From: Octopus bimaculoides
Lineage: Eukaryota
Direction of reading: 5' to 3'
Assembly: GCF_001194135.2 (NCBI RefSeq)
Contig: NC_068984.1
Span: 12,069,132 to 12,104,994, forward strand
DNA length: 35,863 nt
Made by a program: the position numbers and the translations under genes. Position 1 is the first letter of the stretch. Every line of letters begins with the position of its first letter. Under the pieces are notes generated by a model. The model made no database searches. It saw only the letters and a program-made list of their open reading frames with translations, and had not been told where the DNA came from. Of this stretch, positions 10,226 through 22,237 are shown in pieces.

Positions 10226-12112
10226 GTAGTAGTTGTAGTAGTAGTAAATGTAGATGTTTTAAGACCAATATATATCAGCTCAAAAAATGGATGAAACTAA
10301 AATATTAAAATATTTTGTTGAATTGTTACATCCCAAAGTGTTATTCATATTTCATATTAACAGCTGCATACATGTATGTACCATGCATCTGTATGCATGC
10401 ATGTGGGAATACATGTGATTGTGTGAATGTAAGAAGTTTATTTTCCTACCTTCTTGATAATACTGAAGCATAAGTGTCAACTTTTTTTCATAGAAACATT
10501 CATAAACGTAAGCAAATTATGTATCTTTGTGATATCTGTTGGTGAATAAAATTATATCTTCTTCCCTTGCTCTTCTTTATTTACATGTCTTTCGTATTTA
10601 TCTGGTATCTATTGTTCTATTGCTATGGTATATATCATTTATGAAACATCTAGCTAAATGATAACATCAACAGAAAGAAAGAAAGAAAGAAAGAGAGAAA
10701 TGCTGTGCCAGGCTGTTTATTATCTGAGTTATTGATTAGTTAGTTACAGAGTGAACAGAAAATAGTTTTACACCAAGAGAGTTATAATGTGATTCGCTAG
10801 AAAAATATTGATTTTTCTAGAAGCCTTCCGTTATCTCTCAAACCATTCTAGAAGTCTAAACTCTCTGTCAATAACAATAACTTCATTAAATAAATAAATA
10901 AGTAAATAAATAAATATATAACTAAATAAATGAATTTAAAAAAAACAAAAAAAAACATGTTGCTGCAAGAAATTTATGCAGAATTTCAATGAATCACAAT
11001 AACATAGCGATGAAAGAAATCATCACCTTGTCTTTAAGAATATGTGTTACACAGAGCAATATTTTCTTTATTCAGCTGTAAGATGGTGATGATGATAATG
11101 ATGATGACGATGATGATGATGATGGTGATGTAAGAGTGTTATCTATTTCCTACATAAGATTGACTCGAGTTGGTAGAAATAGCAGGATGTTTTCTTTTTC
11201 GATGTTCTGACTGCAAATCTTGTGGCTGACTTCAACATTTCTTTTCCTGCCAGAGTTAATATAATAACTACAGTAATGTACTGGGGTCATTTTTGTTGGA
11301 CTCCCCCCTACCTCTCTCTCTCCTCTACACCAAAACTGCTCTTTACCTAGTCCAAAGAAATCAATATTGAAAGAATTCAGACTGAAGATGGTTTCAAGTT
11401 GCTCAGGCAGCAGTAATATTTACAGATCTGTCTCTTCCATTGATTCCTATCAATATTGTTGCTGCCTTTCTTGTGTTGTGTTTGAGGTTACAGAATTTTT
11501 AAAACAGCAGCTTTATAGTACATGATTTGACAGCTTGCCAATAAAATAGCTGTCATTGTATTGAATTTTATATTCAACTATAAAATAACTTGCTTACTCA
11601 TCTTTGGTTGGTTCAGAATATTTCAGGCTATTGATTGGAAATTTTGGTGAATTGATTAATAAAAAATTGTGCCAAAAACTGTAAATGCCACTTTTTGAAA
11701 ATTGGCAAGAATTTATGCTAGCAGATCAGATCAATTTTGAATGCTTTAGAGCCATAACCAAACAGATTTGATGGCAGAATCTTTGTGCTAATTGAATTCT
11801 TTGGCTATTAAGCAATGTAGAAGAATGAAAACCAGAAAAGATGTTTCTCTAAATTACAGAGTTAAAATGCGAAATGTTATTTCAATAAGAATGTTCTCTC
11901 CTTCTTTGATACAATTTAGAATCTTAGCAGCTAAGCATTTCCCAAGGTTTTGTATTAATTCAAGAGCCCAGGTACCATAATTGCGTTCTGATGTGTTGCC
12001 ATGTTGTTGCGTATCATTGGTTATCATTGGTTACCTCTGATAAAGGAGATCTATGGCATAGATGTAAATAGTCTGTCAAATGATTACATGTGATCCACAG
12101 ATTCAGTGCTTC

Positions 12113-12151
<39 letters not shown>

Positions 12152-12266
12152 NNNNNNNNNNNNNNNNNNNNNNNNNNNNNNNNNNNNNNNNNNNNNNNNN
12201 NNNNNNNNNNNNNNNNNNNNNNNNNNNNNNNNNNNNNNNNNNNNNNNNNNNNNNNNNNNNNNNNNN
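12152..12266. other. Assembly gap after (AT)n
   Basis: Run of N. Confidence 1.
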
Positions 12267-12333
12267 CCATACCATCTGAGGACTTGACTGCATGACCCAA
12301 CATGTAGTAATTTATCATACTGAAGTGTGGTTG

Positions 12334-12424
12334 TGGCAGAATTTGAACTCAGAACATAAAGACAGATGAAATGCTGCTTAGTATTTTGCCCAGTGTGCCA
12401 ACAGTTCTGCCAGTTTGCTGCCTT
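12334..12424 (-). mobile_element. tRNA-derived SINE head, 3'-truncated
   Basis: Reverse complement is AAGGCAGCAAACTGGCAGAA...GTTCTGAGTTCAAATTCTGCC, adjacent to (AAT)n at 12426-12468. Confidence 0.7.
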
Positions 12425-12425
12425 A

Positions 12426-12469
<44 letters not shown>

Positions 12470-12478
12470 TTAAAAAAA

Positions 12479-12829
12479 TTTTTTTTTATTGGCCACAAGG
12501 GCTAATATAAAGATACATAAAATTACATGACACAAACATAAACAACAGCACAAGACAATACAATAGGTTTTCGAATTGAGTAAACATTATAAAAAAACAA
12601 TGAAAATTAAAATAAAACTCCCAATAGAGGGAGGCGCTTTAAGGTCCTAGTGGAAAAACCCACAAGAGCCATGGGTGCTTGATCAACAGGGCAAGAGCCC
12701 TTCTCCTTTAATTTCCTTTTTTATAGGTGTATGCTCAGAATTGGTCCTTTCACACTGGCCATTCTTCCAACATTCACTCACCTTTCAACAAACTTGTTTG
12801 AGAGCAACACTTCCCTCTCCACCCTCAAT
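12479..12829 (-). mobile_element. 3' end of L1/Tx1-like LINE with poly(A) tail, second copy
   Basis: Inverted homologue of 9510-9820. Reads LRVEREVLLSNKFVERWVNVGRMASVKGPILSIHL*, followed by a poly-A tail. Confidence 0.6.
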
Positions 12830-13413
12830 TATATTTCACACTTAATCATTATTAATTTAGTTTATTTTTTTCCCCTTGCTCTTATCTGATAAGTGTAAGC
12901 GTATCAACGAACTCAGCTCCCTGAAGACAATAATCAAAACCACTTATTTCCTATACCACATCAAAATTTCATATTTTGCTCTGATGTAACATACACACGT
13001 GTGCTCAGGCAAGCACACACACACACACACATGGAAAGAGAACACTAACTTTCCATTATCTGTGTAGATTGTTTGTAATATTACAAACACTATTTCTTAC
13101 GTAAACTGCTAATCCTTATCAGATATACTTAAATATACTCTTGTGTCTTTACATTGAAAAAAAAAAAAAAAACTTATTGAAGAAAATAATCTATTGTAGG
13201 TCAATTCTCTAAACATCTTTAGAAAATAAACTCAAAAAAATTATCAAATGAAAATATCTTTGCATAATACCATCTTTTGTATAATGCTTGAGTCAGCATT
13301 TAAATGCTGTATGTAGTTAGGAAATGTATGCAAAGGGTTATTAATTTTTTGATTGAATTAGATTAGCTAAATGGAGTGAATTCGATTACTTTCTTGCATG
13401 GTTAGTAAAATGA

Positions 13414-13630
13414 AGGCATGTAGCCTAGTGATTGGGATGCTGTGCTCATAATCACAAGACCGTGGTTTCAATTCCTGGACTGGGCTGTGTGTTGTGTTCT
13501 TGAGCAAAACACTTCATTTCACATTGCTCCTGACCATTCAGCTGGCAAAAATGAGTAACTCTGCAATGGATTCACATTCCATTCGGGTGGAATTTTGCAG
13601 TATCAATTCCTTATAAACTTAGGAAACCAG
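13414..13630 (+). mobile_element. tRNA-derived SINE with CORE-like domain
   Basis: tRNA-like head (TAGCCTAGTG...GGTTTCAATTCC) then TGTGTTCTTGAGCAAAACACTTCATTTCACATTGCTCC...AAAATGAGTAA. The core is shared with 18483-18822. Confidence 0.55.
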
Positions 13631-13789
13631 TCAACTGGTCTTATGAGTCCAAGGACTTGAAACAGTGTTTACATTTCATGTTGCTCTAGTTCTCTCTGTA
13701 AATGAGTAACTATGTGATAGAACGTTCATGTTGTGATCTTAGTCACTTATATACCATAGAGACTGTGTCCTAGGACTCAAGTTCTTATA

Positions 13790-14030
13790 TACACACACAC
13801 GTCATCATCATCATCATCATCATTATTATCATCATCATTATCAGAGGGAGAGAGAGAGGGAGGGAGTAAGAGAGGGACAGAAAGAGCAACATTAAACATG
13901 CATACAAGCATAACTAGATTTTCACACACATAAACAGAGATGAAGGGTGAGAGAGAGAGAGAGACAGGCAGACAGACATAGAGAGAGACAGAAACAGAAA
14001 GTGAGAGAGAAGGAGAGAAAATGAGAAACA
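13790..14030. repeat. Compound (AC)/(ATC)/(AG)/(AGAC) microsatellites
   Basis: Direct reading. Confidence 0.9.
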
Positions 14031-14759
14031 TTAAAAACATCTAATGTCAGATAAATCAGTGTTGAATCGGCAATGCCAATTAAGAGGCACCAAAACAGCT
14101 GTGCCAAAATGTCTCGTATCCAGGTAATGATGGTGTTAACCTAGGCAACTGGTTAAGTCTTCAACTGACTCCTTCTGACTAAACAAATAAAGAGGAGCCC
14201 AAATTACTAAAAACCCCAAAGGACAAGGCAATCATACATAAGTTATGATGGCAAACCATTCCTAAGGAGCAATAACATTTCAAGTGAAGTAAAACTACAT
14301 TAAGGATTTGCATGCCAATACCATTTACGTTTCCCAGTTGTAAAACCATTTAGAATTCTTCACTTGACTTCGTTTCCATTGCTAATATCCTCATAAAAGA
14401 TATGGTTACAACATCTCTTCTGCCAAATATGAGAAGTTATATATGTTTATAAGTAATCCTTATTGTTTTCAGTTAATAGCCAGGATCAGATCAGACATGC
14501 CTCACTGATGCATATAAACCTTTTAACAGAAATGATGATAAGATCCTGTTTACAATATGGAGCTATGTTTTGGGTTTTTTTCCCTTTCTTTATTTCTATT
14601 CTTCTTTTGGTTTTTCTGTTCTGTTTTTGTTTGAAAGTGGTCAAGTTGCATTTTTAACTTAATGGATCGAACAGAAGATAGAAGATTTATATTAAAATGT
14701 ATATATGACTGTGAAAAATAGTCTATACTATTTACATGCATATATACACACACATGTAA

Positions 14760-14904
14760 ATACGCACACAGATTCAAATTGAAACTCAAAAGCATATGCA
14801 CACCACATGCACACACACACACACACACACACACAATGTATCTTCTTATATGTAAGTGCAATTATCTATATTAGCGCATAAGTGTGCACCTATATATGTG
14901 TATG

Positions 14905-14938
<34 letters not shown>

Positions 14939-14958
14939 CACACACGCACACATACATA

Positions 14959-15019
<61 letters not shown>

Positions 15020-15383
15020 NNNNNNNNNNNNNNNNNNNNNNNNNNNNNNNNNNNNNNNNNNNNNNNNNNNNNNNNNNNNNNNNNNNNNNNNNNNNNNNNN
15101 NNNNNNNNNNNNNNNNNNNNNNNNNNNNNNNNNNNNNNNNNNNNNNNNNNNNNNNNNNNNNNNNNNNNNNNNNNNNNNNNNNNNNNNNNNNNNNNNNNNN
15201 NNNNNNNNNNNNNNNNNNNNNNNNNNNNNNNNNNNNNNNNNNNNNNNNNNNNNNNNNNNNNNNNNNNNNNNNAGATATATACATATATATATGTATTTAT
15301 GTATGTATGTACCAATGCATACATATGTACATATAAATGTGTGTGTTTATATATATATATGTGTGTGTTTGTGTGTTTATATA

Positions 15384-15416
<33 letters not shown>

Positions 15417-16027
15417 TATACGCTCACATATATGTATGTATGTGTATGTATGTATGTATGTATGTATGTATGTAGCCATATATGTTGCCTTTCTCAATAA
15501 GTAAATGCTCCACTTATAGATTAATTGCTTTAACTTTAAAAATATCATTTTACTTGTATATTTTGTTCACTTTCTGGAATGTAGTTTTGGTTGGTTTTCC
15601 ATCTTACCATGGCATTAAGAACCCAAGAAAAAGTAGCAGAACACACTTGCCTTGCCAAATCTTTCCCACTCAAAGTGCTCAAAAGTATACATACATATAT
15701 ATATACATAGCATGAAGATGTATGTGAATGTATCTGTATATGTGTGTATACACACACACATACACACACAATCCCAGAGACAAACTTATACACAAAACTA
15801 TGGAAAGCAATAATACACATCCTATAACCTTTCACATATCTGTCTGTCTGTTTGTGTGCGCGTGTGTGTGTGTGCGGGTCTGCCTGCTTGTCCGTCCGTC
15901 CGTCTGTGTGTTTGCCTTCTTGTCTGTCTGAATGTCTATTTATCTATTTGTCTGTTTTTCTGTCCATTTACCCATCAATCTGTCTGTAAATCTTTTTGTT
16001 TGTCTATATGTCTGTATGTATATATGA

Positions 16028-16063
<36 letters not shown>

Positions 16064-16075
16064 GTACACACACAA
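14760..16075. repeat. Dense (AT)n/(AC)n/(ATAC)n/(GTCT)n microsatellite block containing gap 15020-15272
   Basis: Direct reading. It is the source of the YI/CV-repeat ORFs. Confidence 0.9.
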
Positions 16076-16498
16076 CATATCCAACCATAAATACATCACC
16101 AACTTTGAGTTGACAATTTTAAAATATAGTCATGAAAAACCTAAAAGCTAAAAAAAAAAACCCACACATACCCAATATATTGTAGGTTGTTTCTTAATGA
16201 TGCTGTTTCATCAATTGTTGTTACAATGAGACATAACCCTCCATTCTCCATTCCCCACTACTTATCTTTAAAAAACAAAAATATATATATTTTTTAAATA
16301 TAAAAAAATATTTTAAAAAATCATCTCCAAAAATATATTTTATTTTTCCATTAATTTGATTGCTTTCAAGAATTCATTTTTTTTTTACTATTTTCTGTTT
16401 CACATTTTTTTTTTTGTAATTTTTCAATGACAGTAATTTGTATGTAATACTTATCTAATTCTCTCTGATGACCCCCTCATCAGAACTAGCACACCCCC

Positions 16499-16758
16499 NN
16501 NNNNNNNNNNNNNNNNNNNNNNNNNNNNNNNNNNNNNNNNNNNNNNNNNNNNNNNNNNNNNNNNNNNNNNNNNNNNNNNNNNNNNNNNNNNNNNNNNNNN
16601 NNNNNNNNNNNNNNNNNNNNNNNNNNNNNNNNNNNNNNNNNNNNNNNNNNNNNNNNNNNNNNNNNNNNNNNNNNNNNNNNNNNNNNNNNNNNNNNNNNNN
16701 NNNNNNNNNNNNNNNNNNNNNNNNNNNNNNNNNNNNNNNNNNNNNNNNNNNNNNNNNN
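16499..16758. other. Assembly gap next to (CAC)n
   Basis: Run of N. Confidence 1.
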
Positions 16759-17584
16759 ACCACCACCACCACCACCACAACCACCATCATCTCCACTTCA
16801 ATCACCAGTTTACTGCCCCCACCATCACTGTCACTATTATTGCCTTTAAGATTGCACCCCCCCCCCACCATTCACTCATCAGATGAGGACAACACAGGGA
16901 CTTAAGAGAAGGGATACAAGGGAATGAATCCTTAATTTATAGTACTACTGCAGATGTTGATATGGATATCAGAACACAATGCCAAACTCTTGTAGTAAGA
17001 CTAGCTAGATGTACTCACTCACTTACTCACTCACTCAATCAATCAATCAATCAATCAGTCACAATCCAAGACATAATCTCATATATTTTTTGGTTAAAAT
17101 TCCTTCAAATCTACTGCCATAACATACTAAATAAAAAAAATAACAATAAACAAAATGAAAACAACAAAACAAAAAAATAACAATATAACTAGTAAAAAAA
17201 TAGAAAAATCATAATAAAAAAAATGGACCCTTATTAATATTCCTTAACTCAACCCCAGTTCTCTTTTCTTCTTTGGATATCAATTTTATATGGCTTAATG
17301 GATGAAACCTTAGTAAAGAGGCCCCTTTTTCCCCCTGTAATCTTAGCCACTCAGTTGGTGTTAGATTCAATAATAGATGGGGGAAAAAACCCAAAATCTT
17401 TCTACTTTAAATTGTTTGTTTTATGTTTTTTATCTTTATTCTAGTGAAATTCAGCTGCAAGTGTTTTTTCTCTGTGCATATTGGAAGATGGGTGGGGGTG
17501 GGTGGGTGGAGCTGGAGATAATGTTGGTATGTGTCTTCTGTATGTATGTCTAGATTCATTTGTGCATTAGTCCATACATATATA

Positions 17585-17811
17585 TTTGCAACAACAACAA
17601 CAACAACAATGACAATGACGACAACAACAACAACAGTAACTGGAAAGAAACATGGAAGAGAAGGAAGAGAAAAAAAAGAAAAGATGAAGAAGAATAAGGT
17701 AGAGGATGAGGAGGATGAGAAGAGGAAGAAGAAGAAGAAGGGGAGTAATAATAATAATAATAATGATTTCTTTTATTTCTTTTATTTTTATTTTTATTTT
17801 ATTTTTTACTT

Positions 17812-17846
<35 letters not shown>

Positions 17847-18000
17847 TAATAATAACAACAACAATAACAACAACAATAACAACAACAACAACAACAACAA
17901 CAATAATAATAATAATAATAATAATAACAATAATAATAATAATAATAGGAAGGAAGAGGATAGAAGATGAAGAAGAGGAGCGTCAATAATAATAATAATA
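17585..18000. repeat. Compound trinucleotide array (AAC)n/(GAA)n/(AAT)n
   Basis: Direct reading. Confidence 0.95.
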
Positions 18001-18307
18001 AAAATATAAATCCAAAGAATGTAACATTATGCTGCTAATGTGTACACCTGTTTACTATGTAAAACAAGAGTGAAGTGTATATATTTTCCAGTAAGCAACA
18101 TGACAGTGAAGAAGACTTACTCTCTGCTCTTTATGATGCATACAGTTAAGAAGAAAGAAAAAAAAACTGCATATATTTACTTAAGTCAACAGATTATTAC
18201 AATTGAAAATGAATAAAGGCAACATTGCTTGTAACAAGTCTAAAAGTTAGAGAAATCTCCATAAAATACACATACTGTTTGAAAGATTAATGAAAATTCT
18301 GTTACAA

Positions 18308-18470
18308 GAGTGGTTGTGTGGTTAAGAAGTTTGCTTTCCAGCTATGTTGTTTTGGGTTCAATTCAACTGTGTGGTACCTTGGGAAAGTGTCTTGTATAGC
18401 CCAAGACTGACTAAAACTTTGTGAGTGGATTTGGTTGGCAAAAACTTAAAGTCCATTGTACATGTATATA
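18308..18470 (+). mobile_element. tRNA-derived SINE 5' half (Meta-like domain family), decayed
   Basis: GTGTGGTTAAGAAG...GGGTTCAATTC...CCTTGGG..AAGTGTCTT...TTGTGAGTGGATTTGG, homologous to 28745-29150. Confidence 0.65.
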
Positions 18471-18482
18471 CATGAACATGCA

Positions 18483-18822
18483 ATGCTCAATGATTAGATT
18501 GTATCGGGCTCACAGTCATGAGGTTTTGACTTTGATTCTCAGACCAGGCTGTGTGTTGTGTTCTTGAGCAATACACTTTATTTCACATTGCTCCAGTTCA
18601 CTCAGCTGTAGGAACGAGTTGCAACATCACTGGTGCCAAGCTGTATCATCCTCTTTGCCTTTCCTTTGGATAACATAAGTGGCATGAAGAGGTGAGGCTA
18701 GTATGCATGAGTGACCACTGGTCTTCCATAGACAACCTTGCCCTGACTTGTGCCTCGGAGGGTAACTTTCTAGGTGCAATCCCATGGTCATTCATGACCA
18801 AAGGGGGTCTTTATCCTTTTAC
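18483..18822 (+). mobile_element. tRNA-derived SINE with CORE-like domain
   Basis: Shares GGCTGTGTGTTGTGTTCTTGAGCAA.ACACTT.ATTTCACATTGCTCC with 13414-13630 and has a distinct 3' region. Confidence 0.6.
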
Positions 18823-18915
18823 ATACATATATACACACATATAAACTAACTATAGATAATACAGAATAGTGCTCAAATGGATGGAAACTAAGGTTTTACA
18901 TAATTCTTCTGTTCT

Positions 18916-19340
18916 AAGGCAGCAAGCTGGCAGAAGCATTAGCACGCCGGGCGAAATGCTTAGCAGTATTTCATCATCATCATCATCATCATCATCATCG
19001 TTTAATGTCCGCTTTCCATGCTAGCATGGGTTGGACGATTTGACTGAGGACTGGTGAAACCAGATGGCTACACCAGGCTCCAATCTGATTTGGCAGAGTT
19101 TCTACAGCTGGATGCCCCTCCTAACGCCAACCACTCAGAGAGTGTAGTGGGTGCTTTTACGGGTCACCGGCACGAAGGCCAGTCAGGCGGTACTGGCAAC
19201 ATTCTGAGTTTAAATTCCTCTGAGGTCAACTTTGCCTTTCATTGTTTTGGGGTCGATAAATTAAGTACCAGTTGCATACTAGGGTTGATCTAATTGACTG
19301 GCCCACTCCCCCCAAAATTTCGGGCCTTGTGCCTAGAGTA
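18916..19340 (+). mobile_element. Full-length Nin/Deu-like tRNA SINE split by an RTE 3'-end insertion
   Basis: Head 18916-18972, resuming at 19199 ACATTCTGAG..GAGGTCAACTTTGCCTTTCA...GATAAATTAAGTACCAG...GGGCCTTGTGCC, then an A-rich tail. Confidence 0.8.
18972..19200 (-). mobile_element. Young 5'-truncated RTE LINE 3' UTR with (GAT)n tail
   Basis: Near-identical to 19547, 27676, 29583 and 35264 copies. The 29583 copy carries the RTE ORF C-terminus. Confidence 0.8.
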
Positions 19341-19434
19341 AATAAAAAAAAATCCTTTGTTCTTTATTCTGTAAACTGTATCTAGGCGCTCCATGAAGCC
19401 TACCTATGTTTATCTACCTTACCATACACATGCG

Positions 19435-19470
<36 letters not shown>

Positions 19471-19546
19471 AAGGAATAGGGATAGGAGAATCCAAGTCAA
19501 TACTTTCTGAGCACTCTGAAGTAAAGTGACTTGGCTAATTAGATTG

Positions 19547-19712
19547 ACACTCTCGGAGTGGTTGGCGTTAGGAAGGGCATCCAGCTGTAGAAACTCTGCC
19601 AAATTAGATTGGAGCCCGGTGTTGCCATCCGGTTTCACCAGTCCTCAGTCAAATCGTCCAACCCATGCTAGCATGGAAAGCGGATGTTAAACGATGATGA
19701 TGATGATGATGA
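19547..19712 (+). mobile_element. Young 5'-truncated RTE LINE 3' UTR with (GAT)n tail
   Basis: About 8 mismatches over ~150 bp to the reverse complement of 18990-19145 (hand alignment). Confidence 0.8.
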
Positions 19713-19893
19713 ACATATATATTGGAGAGCATATCACTTTGATATGAGGAATAATGATGATATGCATGTCAACAATGAGGGTGACATAAAATGTGTTATT
19801 ATGGAACACTGGTTTATCTGAAACACGTATATGCAAATTATGGATTATAAATTATGAATTAAAAATGTATATTTCTCCATTCTTCTTTGTGTT

Positions 19894-19945
19894 ATACAGG
19901 GTGACCCTAAAAAAATGGGAACTTTTGAAAAACCCAACAAAAATA
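19894..19945 (+). mobile_element. Isolated Tc1/mariner-type TIR fragment
   Basis: TA + CAGGGTGACCCTAAAAAAATGGGAACTTTTGAAAAACCC resembles CAGGGTG-type TIRs. No partner TIR was found. Confidence 0.4.
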
Positions 19946-19971
19946 ATAAAAATTCAAATTTAAATTCATCA

Positions 19972-20040
19972 TCATCATCATCGTCATCATCATTATTTAA
20001 CATATGTTGTCCATACTGGCATAGGTTGGACAGTTTGACC
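19972..20040 (-). mobile_element. Older RTE-type 3' tail fragment
   Basis: (CAT)n followed by TTTAACAT..TTGTCCATACTGGCATAGGTTGGACAGTTTGAC, a diverged version of the young tail. Confidence 0.55.
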
Positions 20041-20564
20041 AGTCCTCTACACTATCCACTTGTAATAGCAAAGTTTGAACTCCTATCGGAATCTACATAC
20101 CATGGACAAGAAGCATTTCTACCCATTCTACACATCGCTTTCCTTGGATAATGGAACTGCAACTGTAACATCCTACATATATTTTTTACTTTCATTTTTA
20201 TTCTCTTATTTCCATTTATACTTCCTATATCCATCCTTTTCCAAAATAACTCCTTATATTGAACTATACTACTTCCCCCAAGTTAACTGTTTCATATCAT
20301 CTCTTATGTAAGGATATCCCTAATATCGCAGAAACAGCTGTAAGATTGCCTTTCTCTTTATAAATGTCCTATAAATTCCACACAGCCTTGGTTTTGTTGT
20401 CTCATTTTATTCAAGATATACATGCTCAAACAAGACCTGCATTGGACTCCTCACTCATACTCGTATTACTATCGACCCAAGAGTCTAACAATGGTCCTCC
20501 CATAGCACTAACATAGTCTTACCTGCCATCTTGGATCTTCTGTGTGTATGTGTGTGTTTTTATG

Positions 20565-21840
20565 TATGTATACATGTAAATTTGTATGTTTTGTTTTATG
20601 TATGTATTCTCATGCATATATACTCACATATACTTAAATGGTAAACTTCTGGAAAGTTTTACAGATTTTTACAGTTCCAGTGATGGATTGGATTTGTAGT
20701 CTTCAAATCAGCTTTTTCCTTTTTGGTTTTGAGAAGCTTAATTTCTCAAGATTAGTATTTAGGCAGTCTGTTACATATTCTAGTGCTCTAATAATTACAG
20801 GTATAAGCCTGAACTTGTAACCTGGATAGACTAACTGTAAGTTTCTCAATAGTTCAGCATAGGTGTTCTCTTTTTCACTGATTTTCAGCTTTATGTTAAC
20901 ATCCACTGGGCAGCTGATTTCCACAACTGTATACAGTTTCTCTTCTATATCCCAAATCATTATGTCAGGTTTATTGTGTCCACATTTTATTGAGGTTTTT
21001 ACTGGGACATTCCACAAAAACTCCCTTTTATTATGAGTGGCTATGGTTTCCCCTATACTGTGGGTTCTTATTTCTTTATCATCGGGATTATCCTTTTGAC
21101 GGATCTTGTTATACAGTGTCCCAGCTACAATATCATGTCTCATTGGTAGATAATAATGTGATGACATTTTCGGACAACTGTTTATGATGTGGGTGATATC
21201 TTTGGTGTCAACTACACAAAATCTGAATTGGTTGTCACATTTTACTATTTTTCCTGCGTCCCTGACCCTTTTGTGCATCTGGTACTTGGTTGATATTTCC
21301 TGTTCCTGGATTGCAAACGCATACCCTTCAAAGTGGGAGGTAGTAATCCGGTTGTTGGTCCATGATAAACTGCTTTGATGATCCGTGTTACTATCATCTC
21401 AGAGATTTCTACTAACATATCCATGCTGTGGTAGAATCATGTAACTTCATTATGTATTTAAGGTTATCAGACAAGGAATGCTGCTCAAGGAACTGTTTTC
21501 CAAGTTTTAAACTTGAGCAAGGGATGCACTTCGAAACTTGGTGGTTAAAAGATGTTGCCAAAAGGATATGATATAACATTCAAAGGCAGTTTGGATTGAT
21601 GTTAAGCCTCTGCTGCCTTATTTTTGTTTCAGGTAGAGGTGGTCTACATCGCTGTTTATGTGGAAATTATGTGTGCTTGTTAGTATCTTCTGGGTTTTCA
21701 CATCAAAGGCTCAGATCTCATCAAGCATCTAATCAAACAGCCCAAATGTTGGTATGAGTACTGGCACTGCAAACACATTGTGGGAAGCTGTTTTATTGAA
21801 TGCAGAGAGTTCCAAGGTTCAAATTTTCTTTATTCAGCTG
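20565..21840 (-). mobile_element. R4/Dong-clade RLE non-LTR retrotransposon, 5'-truncated, degenerate (copy 1)
   Basis: The minus strand gives RT thumb KKI*TLELSAFNK..HNVFAVPVLIPTFG...DVKTQKILT...FHINSDVDHLY...GSRGL, then SHFEGYAFAIQEQEI, zinc-knuckle-like ITHIINSCP..Y.PMRHD, RLE NKPDI..D...VVEISCP.D.NI..K..EK..Y, PVII, and stop at 20634-20636. Confidence 0.9.
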
Positions 21841-21984
21841 TATGTATGTATGTATGTATGTATGTATGTATGTATGTATGACTGTGTCTGTGTGTCCTTG
21901 ATATTGTATGCTAGTTGTAAAATAAGTGTTAATGTCATACAAATAGCGTTATTTGTTTCCAATTTTGCATAAGCATATGTCTGG

Positions 21985-22165
21985 TCATAAGGATGTGTTA
22001 CCTTGCTTGGAAACATGTGAAGGTTGGCAACAGAAAGAGCATCCAGGTGTAGCAAATCTGCCTCAATGAATTTCATCTGACATATACAAGCATCAAAAAG
22101 TGGATGATTAAGATTGCAAACAATGATGATTAAGATTGCAAACAATGATGATTAAGATTGCAAAA
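21985..22165 (+). mobile_element. SINE 3' half with V-like domain ending in a 22-bp tandem repeat
   Basis: TTACCTTGCTTGGAAAC..GGTTGGCAACAG.AAG.GCATCC...ATCTGCCTC. GATGATTAAGATTGCAAACAAT occurs ~2.8 times at 22103-22165. Confidence 0.6.
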
Positions 22166-22169
22166 ACAG

Positions 22170-22237
22170 AAAACCTTTAAAACAGTTAGCCTCAGCATGG
22201 CCGCAGTCTAATGACTGAAACAAGTAAAAGATAAAAT
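22170..22237 (+). mobile_element. SINE 3' terminal fragment (Meta-like family)
   Basis: CAGCATGGCCGCAGTC.AATGACTGAAACAAGTAAAAGATAAAA, the same 3' end as the 28745 and 31025 copies. Confidence 0.6.

Noticed and set aside
10797-10820. 10-bp inverted repeat CTAGAAAAAT-ATTG-ATTTTTCTAG
   Set aside because: Expected by chance in AT-rich DNA.
14856-16113. Long ORFs (up to 214 aa) of YI/CV/HT repeats; likewise the poly-L/N/T/C ORFs at 9829-10130, 17531-17986, 25498-25884 and 26403-26898
   Set aside because: These are translations of microsatellites and N-gaps, not genes.
16464-16484. Perfect 8-bp hairpin TCTGATGA-CCCCC-TCATCAGA containing a box-C-like TGATGA
   Set aside because: Too short, sits next to a gap, and lacks C/D snoRNA architecture.
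18916-18970. tRNA-like A/B boxes in several SINE heads
   Set aside because: They are SINE promoters; none folds into a complete cloverleaf tRNA gene.
20517-20539. Minus-strand CCAAGATGGCAG|GTAAGA resembling a start-codon first exon with a strong donor
   Set aside because: It directly abuts the R4 element tail, with no promoter context or downstream exon identified.
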